DNA of 64,000 nucleotides. Source: Candidatus Latescibacterota bacterium (GTDB lineage: Bacteria; Latescibacterota; UBA2968). The stretch spans positions 1,184,001 to 1,248,000 of the forward strand of contig OZ220741.1 of assembly GCA_965116885.1 (NCBI GenBank), in the 5' to 3' direction. Below are positions 9,841-18,657 of this stretch, piece after piece; the first letter of the stretch is position 1, and every line of letters starts with the position of its first letter. A program made the position numbers and the translations under genes. A model generated the notes under the pieces. The model was not told the origin of the DNA and ran no database searches. It was given only the letters and a program-made list of their open reading frames with translations.

Positions 9841-9907
9841 GGGCGACCACAGGGGGTCGCCCCTACAAACAAACCGTCATCGTAGGGGACGGCCCCTGTG
9901 CCGTCCC
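9841..9907. repeat. Inverted REP doublet (REPIN-like), GTAG family
   Basis: GGGCGACCACAGGGGGTCGCCCCTAC-N15-GTAGGGGACGGCCCCTGTGCCGTCCC; nearly the reverse complement of 57949-58016. Confidence 0.8.
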
Positions 9908-10071
9908 AGTCCCTAAATTATGTCCCCAAATGTATTCCCGCAACCCTAAGAAACAGTGCTGAACTTAGCCTATGGTGAAATAGTCGATAGACCATTGACT
10001 TTTTGCTGTGATAGCATATCTTGTTTATATGACTCCGCCCCCTCTCTCGAAAGAGAAACAGGAGATCTATC

Positions 10072-10269
10072 ATGGCCGAAACCACCGAATCTCAAGCGAC
10101 CACATCTGACGATAATACCCATTGGGGCATTGCGTATCTACGCGAAGACCTGCAAGACATACGCCTGCAGATAATCGAGACGAATAAGCGCATTGATTCC
10201 CGTTTCACCTATCTCATCACGACCATGGTCGCAATAGCGGGCATTCTCATCGCCGTCATCAAACTGTAA
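10072..10269 (+). CDS. Small coiled-coil protein with a C-terminal transmembrane anchor
   Basis: AGGAG RBS; heptad-like segment followed by YLITTMVAIAGILIAVIKL. Confidence 0.65.
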   Translation: MAETTESQATTSDDNTHWGIAYLREDLQDIRLQIIETNKRIDSRFTYLITTMVAIAGILIAVIKL

Positions 10270-10278
10270 GACCTGCCC

Positions 10279-11442
10279 TTGTCCTCAAATAGCAATAACA
10301 GCCGTTTTCAGACCCGCGACGTAATCACCCTCTCCGGTGGGCATGCAGTACACGATACATACAGCGGATTCTTACCGCCCTTACTCCCCATCTTTATACA
10401 AACCCTATCCCTATCCAAAACCGAAGCCAGCTTGTTAATGGTCGTCAGGCAGGCACCCTCGGTATTTCAACCCATCATCGGACATCAGGCAGACCGCTTG
10501 AACTTGCGATCTCTCGTAATCCTGGGACCTGCAATAACGGGCATCGCCATGAGCTTGCTCGGCATAGCGCACGGTTACCTCGCCCTCGTCGTCCTATTAT
10601 TAATCACGGGATTTAGCTCCGCGGCATTTCACGCCGTTGGACCCGCAATGGCCGGAACGCTCTCGGGTCCCAACCTGGGTCGCGGAATGGGCATCTGGAT
10701 GTTGTGCGGTGAACTCGGTCGCACCCTGGGACCTATCTTAATCGTAAGCGTCATCGGCCTGTGGGGAATCGTCGGAATGACCTATCTGATACCCGCCGGT
10801 ATATTGGCCTCACTGATACTCCTATTGCGGATGAGAAGCGTTGCAAGCCGCGTCATATCCGCATATAAAGCACTAACCTGGCAGGCCGCCTTAAAACGCA
10901 TGGCACCGGTCATGATACCTCTATCGGGCATTGTATTTGTCCGCGCATTCATGATGGCCTCTCTAACCGCATTCCTCCCCACCTTTTTGACCGAAGAAGG
11001 CGCCAGCTTGTGGCTATCGGGCGCATCTCTCTCCGTACTGGAAGGTGCGGGCATTGGCGGCGCGCTAATCGGCGGATGGGTAAGCGACCGATGGGGGCGC
11101 AAACAAATCCTCGGCTTCTCCATGATCGCAACCCCCCTCCTCCTATTTGTCTTTCTCGAAACCCAGGGCTGGGCCTTATTTCCCATTTTAATCATCCTGG
11201 GCTTTGTCGCCCTCTCCACCGGTCCCGTGGTCATGGCAATGGTACAGGAAAGCTGCCCAGAAAACCGGGCATTTGCCAATGGCCTTTACATGGGCGCGGG
11301 ATTCGCGCTTCGCGGTGTCGCAATGTTGCTCCTCGGCATCATGGCAGACGCGTATGGCCTGCGCCGGGCTTTTGAAATCAGCGCGATCTTGATGTTGCTC
11401 GGCGTTGTGCTGGTATTTCGAATACCGGGTAAAAGCACCTGA
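10279..11442 (+). CDS. MFS transporter (Fsr-like)
   Basis: About 12 hydrophobic segments; GHAVHDTY, GHQADR, GGWVSDRWGRK. Confidence 0.9.
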   Translation: MSSNSNNSRFQTRDVITLSGGHAVHDTYSGFLPPLLPIFIQTLSLSKTEASLLMVVRQAPSVFQPIIGHQADRLNLRSLVILGPAITGIAMSLLGIAHGYLALVVLLLITGFSSAAFHAVGPAMAGTLSGPNLGRGMGIWMLCGELGRTLGPILIVSVIGLWGIVGMTYLIPAGILASLILLLRMRSVASRVISAYKALTWQAALKRMAPVMIPLSGIVFVRAFMMASLTAFLPTFLTEEGASLWLSGASLSVLEGAGIGGALIGGWVSDRWGRKQILGFSMIATPLLLFVFLETQGWALFPILIILGFVALSTGPVVMAMVQESCPENRAFANGLYMGAGFALRGVAMLLLGIMADAYGLRRAFEISAILMLLGVVLVFRIPGKST

Positions 11443-11486
11443 TTTACGCAACAAACTCCCTCTCTCACCTCCCATCCCACCTTTCA

Positions 11487-11608
11487 TAAGTGTTCATTTT
11501 CGGACACTACTGTATCAAAATCGGACACTTTCTAAACTGCTAATTTCAAGCGATTTTTCATAACTTATTGTTATTTCATCATTTAAGTCTTTTGGCACGA
11601 TTATTGCA
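11487..11608 (+). promoter_or_regulatory. Sigma54 promoter cassette copy 1 (UAS 11487-11530, IHF-like 11559, -24/-12 at 11593-11608)
   Basis: 44-bp TAAGTGTTCATTTTCGGACACTACTGTATCAAAATCGGACACTT; TGGCACG-ATTA-TTGCA. Confidence 0.85.
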
Positions 11609-11715
11609 GTAAAATCGGGACAAAGAACACGCACCGCAAAGAGGCGTCGCCTAAAATTGTGTAGATTGGGGTATCCTCGCAGATCCTACAGCCGTAAAAT
11701 CCTCAGGAGGAAATC

Positions 11716-13140
11716 ATGATTTCCATCAGCCCGATTTTTCGAAAGAACAGTATTTTTGTTTGTCTGCTTATACTCTTCTCACTCTCTGTCCATTCCACAC
11801 TCTTCAGCCTTTCCAAGAACGCCCAGGATTCCTCTGTTGCGCGATTTGACTCAGCTAATATGGATGAAGTTGTGATCCCCCTGGAGCGTGTACCTTTAAG
11901 CTCACAAGCATTATCGAGATTCAGGTCATCATCAATTGACTTTCACGATCACGATTGGATAAGTCGAAAACCGCTCGAGGAGGGTCTGCGAGGATTTCCA
12001 CCGGGAATGACCATAGAATTCTATGGTGTATTCGAGTTGAGTGCCCTACAGTTGTGCATTCTTTATTATCAAGAAGAGACCGATCGAAAACTCTGGGAAC
12101 CGTATGACTTAGGAGTACCTGTAGATAGCAAAGTATCCTTTGTGAATGGCCGGGATCGGAATGGAAATGCTGTTTTCCTTTTTGATACCAACAACAATGA
12201 AGACTTCTCCGATGAACATGCGATATATCCAGAGAACTTCGGTACAGTATTTCGTCTGCTGAGCTACATTCTACCCTGGAGACTTACTTATGGGCAGAAG
12301 GCAAATGCCACCGTTGAATTTGAATATAACGATGGTAGAATCGCCAAAACCCAAAAGGTGGGCGTGGAGGTTCATAGATATACGCAATATGTGAAAAAGC
12401 AGAACGATCCAACCTTCCCAAAATTCAGGGGAAGCGTGACTGAATACAGAAAAGGACGAGTGAAAATAGATGGTCAATTATACGACCTGGCGATCTACAA
12501 CAAAGGACGTTTCGCGACCTACTCTACCAAAATTTATAACAGAATACTATGGGATCTCAATCACGATGGCATATTCGGGAATGAACGCGAATCAGCGGAA
12601 TATTACGACGCCGACAAACCCTTTAATATCGGTGGTACCACATTTGAAGTTAAAAGCATCTCAGCCTCTGGTGATGAAATTATCCTCAGAAAATCAGATG
12701 TCTCCGTCCCAACAAAGGCTGAGATCAAACGAGGTTCTGTGGCACCGGATTTTGCAGTTACCGATATAAATGGAAAGAATCTTCAACTTTCAAATTTCAG
12801 GGGTAAATACGTTTTGTTGGACTTCTGGTACACCGGGTGCGGGCCATGTATCAAAGATACCCCCAGATTGAAAGCACTATCTGAAAAATTCGACCGGGAT
12901 AATTTCGAGATTATCGGCGTTAGTGCCGATATTAGAAGAGACAAAGTCGAGAATTATGTGGAGAAGTCTCACATTGGATGGCCCCAAATCCTGGACACTA
13001 TAGACAACAATAACAAGGTGTCAAAAATGTATAACATTGGAGGCCATCCGCACTATGTCCTGATTGACCGGGAAGGGAAGGTTATGATGACGAATCGTTC
13101 TTTTCGAGTCACCCTCACTCTCATCTCTCCACTCCTTTAA
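11716..13140 (+). CDS. Exported TlpA/redoxin-family thiol-disulfide oxidoreductase with a large N-terminal domain
   Basis: Hydrophobic N-terminus; C-terminal APDF..GKYVLLDFWYTGCGPC..LIDREG; AGGAGG RBS. Confidence 0.85.
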   Translation: MISISPIFRKNSIFVCLLILFSLSVHSTLFSLSKNAQDSSVARFDSANMDEVVIPLERVPLSSQALSRFRSSSIDFHDHDWISRKPLEEGLRGFPPGMTIEFYGVFELSALQLCILYYQEETDRKLWEPYDLGVPVDSKVSFVNGRDRNGNAVFLFDTNNNEDFSDEHAIYPENFGTVFRLLSYILPWRLTYGQKANATVEFEYNDGRIAKTQKVGVEVHRYTQYVKKQNDPTFPKFRGSVTEYRKGRVKIDGQLYDLAIYNKGRFATYSTKIYNRILWDLNHDGIFGNERESAEYYDADKPFNIGGTTFEVKSISASGDEIILRKSDVSVPTKAEIKRGSVAPDFAVTDINGKNLQLSNFRGKYVLLDFWYTGCGPCIKDTPRLKALSEKFDRDNFEIIGVSADIRRDKVENYVEKSHIGWPQILDTIDNNNKVSKMYNIGGHPHYVLIDREGKVMMTNRSFRVTLTLISPLL

Positions 13141-13184
13141 GACAAGCTTCGTCATGACTGCCTGAGACAGCCAGAGAGAATAAA

Positions 13185-15641
13185 ATGCTCCGCAACTATC
13201 TGACAGTAGCATACCGAAATCTCGTCCGTTACAAAGTGTATTCTGCGATCAATATCACCGGCCTGGCAATCGGCATTGCGTTTTGCATCTTGACATTCCT
13301 GTACATACATCACGAGTGGACCTATGATGCGTTTCACAAGAATGCCGACCAAATTTATCGGGTATATACCGAATTCCGTGGACCAGATAACAAATTTTAT
13401 CGCACGCCTACGGTCCCAACCGCTTTGCGCAATGAATTAGTCCAAACTGTAACAGGCGTGGACCAGACTGTGCGATTGGTTGCCGGACGAGGAGACGATC
13501 CCGATGATCAAGAGATACAGGTTACGTACGGAAATCAGATCTTTAAGTTGCCTTTTCTGATCGTAGATCCCGAATTCTTAGACATGTTTTCGTTTCCTCT
13601 TCGCTCTGGCGATTCGGAAATTGCCCTCAAACATCCGCAATCTGTTGTATTGAGTGCTGAAACAGCAAAGAAAATTTTCGGAAATGAAAATCCAATCGGA
13701 AAACAACTGACACTGCGATCTCTATGGAGCCACGAACGCGCTGACTTCACAGTAACCGGCGTTGCCGAACCCATACCCGACAACTCATCGCTTCAGTTTG
13801 ATATGTTGCTACCATATCAGCATCTATGGTTCTTGCTTTACGAGGAAGCAGATGATTGGAACCTCTTTTCCAGATGTGGTACTTACGTCCAACTAAGTGA
13901 AAATACAAAATCCACAGATATAGAACCGGCGATGCACGCGATTGTAAAAGCGCATATGCTGCGACCAGAGATCTCAGCGGCCAACTTACAGTTGCGACTT
14001 CAGCCGCTGACAAATCTGCACCATCGAATAGATCTTATAGACTCCACTTACCGCAATATGAAGGCACCCCGGGATCCAATGAACGGGTATGGACTGATCT
14101 GTCTTTCGTTGTTGGTTCTGGTCATGGCTTCCATCAATTTTGTCAACCTTGCGGTGGGTCGGTTGGTCACCCGAACAAAAGAAGTGGGCATTCGCAAAGT
14201 TGTAGGCGCGGTGCGCCCTCAACTGATTCGGCAATTCTTAAGCGAGTCGATATTACTGAGCCTTGTGGCCGTAGTTTTAGGTCTGTCCCTTGCAGAACTG
14301 GTGCTACCGTTTTTCAATGAATTTATGCACCAGAACCTGTCCTTCGAAAATATTTTTACCTGGCCTACTCTTGTCTTTTTGATCGCTCTGGTCGCAGTCG
14401 TCGGTCTCCTGATTGGCAGCTATCCCGCATTTATGATCTCCGGGTTTAATCCGGTTCGCATTCTCACCGGGCGGTTTAAGCTGAGCCATCGCAATCTGTT
14501 TGGTCGCGGACTCGTCTTCGGACAGCTTGCCGTGTCGAGTGCTTTGATTACCTGCACGCTGATCATGGTTTATCAACTTCAATTTGTAAAAGAAAAAGAT
14601 CTTGGTTTTAACAAGGAATTTGTCATTGACATTAACACAGACAGTCTTCACGATTTTAGCGGGCAGCACGATTTGCTCAAGAACTATTATTTGCAACATC
14701 ACAAGGTGGTTGGAGGCACGACAGTGGGAAGACCACTGTTGGGTTGGCAAAGTAGATACGAAGGGACAGGAGAACAGGAGCAATCTCTGTGGGTAAGCCG
14801 TTTCTATGTGGATTACGATTTTGTAAAAACGCTCGAAATGAAGGTGCTATCGGGACGAGATTTTAACTCTAATGTGAATGATCAAGCACAGGGCAACATT
14901 CTCGTAAATGAAGAACTGGTCAAACAGATGGGATGGGACGACCCGATTGGACAGACCATCACATTTGAGGGCAGAGGAGGACGCTCCTTGAGAGAGTCAA
15001 AAGGGGTTACCCGGGTCATTGGCGTGGTGCAGGATTTCTATTTAATGCCGCTCCAGCAAAACGTTCAACCCGCGATGCTTTTACTGAGTCCTATAGGAAA
15101 TTCAAGAAATTTCTTAGTGCGAATCAAACCTGGCGATGTTGCCGAAACTTTGAAATACCTGGAAACAGGATGGAAAGAAATCGCGCCCGCTGGCGAGCCA
15201 TTTTACTTCACGTTTGTGGACGAGGATATTGAGAATTATTACCGGAACTTTTTAAGTTGGAGCAGAATCGTGGGCTATGCAACGATTCTGGCTGTTTTTA
15301 TCGCCTGTCTGGGTGCATTTGGGCTAACGGCATTGGCCGTGGCAAGGCGAACCAAAGAAATAGGCATTCGAAAAATTATGGGCGCTTCGGTTTTAAATAT
15401 CGTATCGCTGTTATCGCGTGAATTTGTAATACTGGTTATAGTCGCAAATCTATGCGCCTGGCCCCTGACTTATCTAATAATGATCTGGTGGTTACAGAGT
15501 TTTGCCTACCGCATTGGACTGACAGCCGGGGTATTTGCACTCGGCGCCTTGCTGACCCTATTGGTCGTAATCGGAACAGTGAGCCTACAAGCCGTGAAAG
15601 CAGCAAAAATGAATCCCGTGGAAGCGTTGCGGTATGAGTAA
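13185..15641 (+). CDS. MacB/FtsX-type double-domain ABC permease #1 (type D)
   Basis: RTKEVGIRKVVGA and RTKEIGIRKIMGA FtsX motifs, two periplasmic domains, NPVEALRYE end, no NBD. Confidence 0.95.
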   Translation: MLRNYLTVAYRNLVRYKVYSAINITGLAIGIAFCILTFLYIHHEWTYDAFHKNADQIYRVYTEFRGPDNKFYRTPTVPTALRNELVQTVTGVDQTVRLVAGRGDDPDDQEIQVTYGNQIFKLPFLIVDPEFLDMFSFPLRSGDSEIALKHPQSVVLSAETAKKIFGNENPIGKQLTLRSLWSHERADFTVTGVAEPIPDNSSLQFDMLLPYQHLWFLLYEEADDWNLFSRCGTYVQLSENTKSTDIEPAMHAIVKAHMLRPEISAANLQLRLQPLTNLHHRIDLIDSTYRNMKAPRDPMNGYGLICLSLLVLVMASINFVNLAVGRLVTRTKEVGIRKVVGAVRPQLIRQFLSESILLSLVAVVLGLSLAELVLPFFNEFMHQNLSFENIFTWPTLVFLIALVAVVGLLIGSYPAFMISGFNPVRILTGRFKLSHRNLFGRGLVFGQLAVSSALITCTLIMVYQLQFVKEKDLGFNKEFVIDINTDSLHDFSGQHDLLKNYYLQHHKVVGGTTVGRPLLGWQSRYEGTGEQEQSLWVSRFYVDYDFVKTLEMKVLSGRDFNSNVNDQAQGNILVNEELVKQMGWDDPIGQTITFEGRGGRSLRESKGVTRVIGVVQDFYLMPLQQNVQPAMLLLSPIGNSRNFLVRIKPGDVAETLKYLETGWKEIAPAGEPFYFTFVDEDIENYYRNFLSWSRIVGYATILAVFIACLGAFGLTALAVARRTKEIGIRKIMGASVLNIVSLLSREFVILVIVANLCAWPLTYLIMIWWLQSFAYRIGLTAGVFALGALLTLLVVIGTVSLQAVKAAKMNPVEALRYE

Positions 15642-15688
15642 GCTACAAGGTCGCCCGAATTCTCTCATTCTTTATGCAAGGAAATAAA

Positions 15689-18055
15689 ATGTTCCGCAAC
15701 TCGAATCTAACCGTAGCATACCGAAATCTTGTGCGCTACAAAGTGTATTCTGCGATCAACATTACTGGACTGGCAATCGGCATTGCGTTTTGCATCTTGA
15801 CCTTCTTGTATGTGCGACACGAATGGTCCTTTGACGCATTCCACGAAAAAGCAGATCGAATTTATCGCGTTTACAATAGAGGAGAAGTGGGAGAAGGCGG
15901 CGATGCCTCGGCTGCTATGCCGGGTCCTCTCGGTCCAAAGTTGGCAGAAGCATTCCCCACACAAATGCAACATGTCGTGAGAATTAACACCTCTTCTCGC
16001 ACACTCCAATACGGCGACCATGCATTTCAAGAGCGCGTAATTTACGTCGATCCGGGTTTCTGGGACATCTTTTCATTTCCCCTGATAAAAGGCGACCCCG
16101 CAACAGCACTGAATAGCAAAGACGCCATCATCATATCAGAAACATCCGCTCAAAAGTTCTTCGGCAACACCGACCCAATGGGGAAATCTTTCTCTTTCAC
16201 CCGAAACTCAAAAATCCATCAAGCTCTAATCACGGGCATAGCGAAAGACATCCCCGAAACATCCAGCATTCAATTCGACTGCATCCAGTCCTATGGGAAT
16301 GTCGAAGACGCGCTCAACTCGTGGAATTACACAGGCAACACCAGCACTTACGTCTTGCTCCACGATCAGATCCGCGCCGAAGACATAGAAAAATTACTTC
16401 CGCGTTTTATAAACTGGTCGTGGCCCATCACGGGGGAAAACCAGGAACTGAAATTGCAGCCCCTTGCCGATGTGCATTTCAGTCCAAATATCCGCGCACC
16501 CGAACCCGCCACTGACCCGGCATACAGCTACATCCTGTTGTGCATCACAGCCCTGGTACTCTTTGTCGCATGCGTGAACTTTATGACCCTCGCACTGGGA
16601 CGGTCAGCCTCTCGAGCGCGGGAAATCGGCATCCGCAAAGTCGTTGGCGCACACAAGCCCCAGGTCATCGTGCAATTCCTCACAGAATCCGTGCTCTTAA
16701 GCCTCGTAGCATTTGTAATCGGACTCGCACTATCAGAACTTTTAATGCCATTGTTCAACAACCTCATGGCGCAAAAACTATCCATAGTTGCACACCTGGA
16801 TGGTCCGGCATTTGCCTCGCTAATGGGTCTAACTCTAATTGTCGGCCTCCTCGCAGGGACCTATCCAGCCTTTGTCCTGTCCGGCTTTATGCCAATTCAC
16901 GTACTCAAAGGCAGATTGAAAATTGTCAGCGCGGGATTATTCAGCCAATTTCTCGTGGTCTTCCAGATCGCGATGTCTGCGGTCCTCGTCATCAGTGCCC
17001 TCATCATGACCTCTCAACTCGACTATTTGCGGACCAAACCCCTGGGATTTGACAGCGAACATCTGATAGCCGTCAGTCGCCTCAGCAAACTGCGAGGCCT
17101 GGGACCAAAAGGCATTGAAACCTATCGAGACGCCCTCTTATCCCATCACGCAATTCTCGGTGTAACCCAGATATACCACATGATGCGCAATGGATACCAG
17201 TCGCGCGGGGCTGTGGTACATGACGGAACAACCTTAAAAGGCGTGGAGATATTCTTTGTCGATTACGACTTTGTACCAACGCTCGACATCAAATTGATCG
17301 AAGGCCGAAATTATTCACGAGAACTTGCAACAGATCCCACCGCGTCTGTAATCATCAACCAAACCCTGGCCAAACAACTGGGACCGGGACCACCCCTCGG
17401 AAAAACACTGAAATTCTTTGATGATATGACAGTAATCGGCGTGGTAAACGATTTTCATTTTCGCTCTCTCCATCACAAAATTGGCCCCGCATTCCTGAAA
17501 TGCAATCCAGAACATCAATTTAGCCGATTGCTGGTTCGGGTGCGTGCCAACGATATCCCCGGCACACTGTCATTTATGAAAGCGCAATGGGAAGCCATAA
17601 CACAGTCCTCTGGATTCCGCTATTCGTTTCTCGACGAAGGCATCGATCGCCAATACCGAACCGAAGAGCGGTGGCATCGCATGATCGGATACGGAACCCT
17701 GTTTGCCATTTTTATCGCGTGCTTGGGCGCATTTGGATTGACAGCACTCGCCGTGACCCGGCGCACCAAAGAAATCGGCATTCGCAAAATATTGGGCGCC
17801 AGCGTCACAAACGTGGTGCGCTTACTATCGCGTGAATTCGTTCTGTTGGTCGGCATAGCAAATGTACTCGCCTGGCCAGTCGCCTATTGGGCAATGAGCA
17901 AATGGCTATCGGACTTCGCGTATCGAATTGAACTGGGCATCGGAGCATTCGCGCTAGGCGGTGTACTGACACTCTTAGTCGTAATCGGAACAGTGAGCCT
18001 GCAAGCCGTGAAAGCGGCAAAAATGAACCCCGTGGAGGCATTGCGATATGAATAA
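15689..18055 (+). CDS. MacB/FtsX-type double-domain ABC permease #2 (type D ends)
   Basis: Same architecture; termini near-identical to #1; start at ATG 15689 after AAGGA. Confidence 0.95.
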   Translation: MFRNSNLTVAYRNLVRYKVYSAINITGLAIGIAFCILTFLYVRHEWSFDAFHEKADRIYRVYNRGEVGEGGDASAAMPGPLGPKLAEAFPTQMQHVVRINTSSRTLQYGDHAFQERVIYVDPGFWDIFSFPLIKGDPATALNSKDAIIISETSAQKFFGNTDPMGKSFSFTRNSKIHQALITGIAKDIPETSSIQFDCIQSYGNVEDALNSWNYTGNTSTYVLLHDQIRAEDIEKLLPRFINWSWPITGENQELKLQPLADVHFSPNIRAPEPATDPAYSYILLCITALVLFVACVNFMTLALGRSASRAREIGIRKVVGAHKPQVIVQFLTESVLLSLVAFVIGLALSELLMPLFNNLMAQKLSIVAHLDGPAFASLMGLTLIVGLLAGTYPAFVLSGFMPIHVLKGRLKIVSAGLFSQFLVVFQIAMSAVLVISALIMTSQLDYLRTKPLGFDSEHLIAVSRLSKLRGLGPKGIETYRDALLSHHAILGVTQIYHMMRNGYQSRGAVVHDGTTLKGVEIFFVDYDFVPTLDIKLIEGRNYSRELATDPTASVIINQTLAKQLGPGPPLGKTLKFFDDMTVIGVVNDFHFRSLHHKIGPAFLKCNPEHQFSRLLVRVRANDIPGTLSFMKAQWEAITQSSGFRYSFLDEGIDRQYRTEERWHRMIGYGTLFAIFIACLGAFGLTALAVTRRTKEIGIRKILGASVTNVVRLLSREFVLLVGIANVLAWPVAYWAMSKWLSDFAYRIELGIGAFALGGVLTLLVVIGTVSLQAVKAAKMNPVEALRYE

Positions 18056-18629
18056 ACGATCAGAAATAGAAAACGACGTACAATTGATCCACATGATCAA
18101 AGCCGGCGACAAAAGCGCGTTTGGCAAACTCTACCATCTGCACCAGAATCGCGTACGCGCCATTGTCGGGCGATATGTGCAGGACCGCGACGAAACCGAA
18201 GACCTGATGCAGGTGGTATTCATGAAAGTCTTCCAGAGCCTGCGCCATTTTCGCGGCGAATCGGCATTCACAACCTATCTGACGCGCATTGCCATCAACG
18301 TCGGGCGGTCACACCTTCGGTCCCGGCTATCCCGAAAAAACGGCATGGAAACAGCAGCGCGAGACATGCCCGAACCCATTACCCTGACAACGCCAGAAGA
18401 TAGCATCATAAAAAAAGAACGCCATCAACTCTTAACACAGGGCCTGCGCACATTGCCTAAAGTGCAACAACGCGCAATGTGGCTTCGCTACATAAAAGAA
18501 CTGTCCTACCGCGAAATCGTATGGGAAATGCAAGCACCCCTCGGCTCCGTGAAAATCTGGCTCCACCGCGGGCGCCATCAGCTAAAACGCGCGCTGGAAA
18601 AACAAGAGGTCGGAGGTTGGGCGGGCTAA
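18048..18629 (+). CDS. ECF sigma factor embedded in the permease array
   Basis: EDLMQVVFMKVFQSLRHFRGESAFTTYLTRIAIN; SYREI..MQAPLGSVKIWLHRGR; overlaps the stop of permease #2. Confidence 0.9.
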   Translation: MNKRSEIENDVQLIHMIKAGDKSAFGKLYHLHQNRVRAIVGRYVQDRDETEDLMQVVFMKVFQSLRHFRGESAFTTYLTRIAINVGRSHLRSRLSRKNGMETAARDMPEPITLTTPEDSIIKKERHQLLTQGLRTLPKVQQRAMWLRYIKELSYREIVWEMQAPLGSVKIWLHRGRHQLKRALEKQEVGGWAG

Positions 18630-18657
18630 CTGCTGGGACGTCACAGGAGATAAGACC

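Noticed and set aside
1559..9916. Long antisense or alternate-frame ORFs (e.g. 1635-2354, 2601-3560, 5855-6625, 7022-7756)
   Set aside because: They shadow well-supported genes, have biased R/I/P/H-rich composition and show no recognisable motifs.
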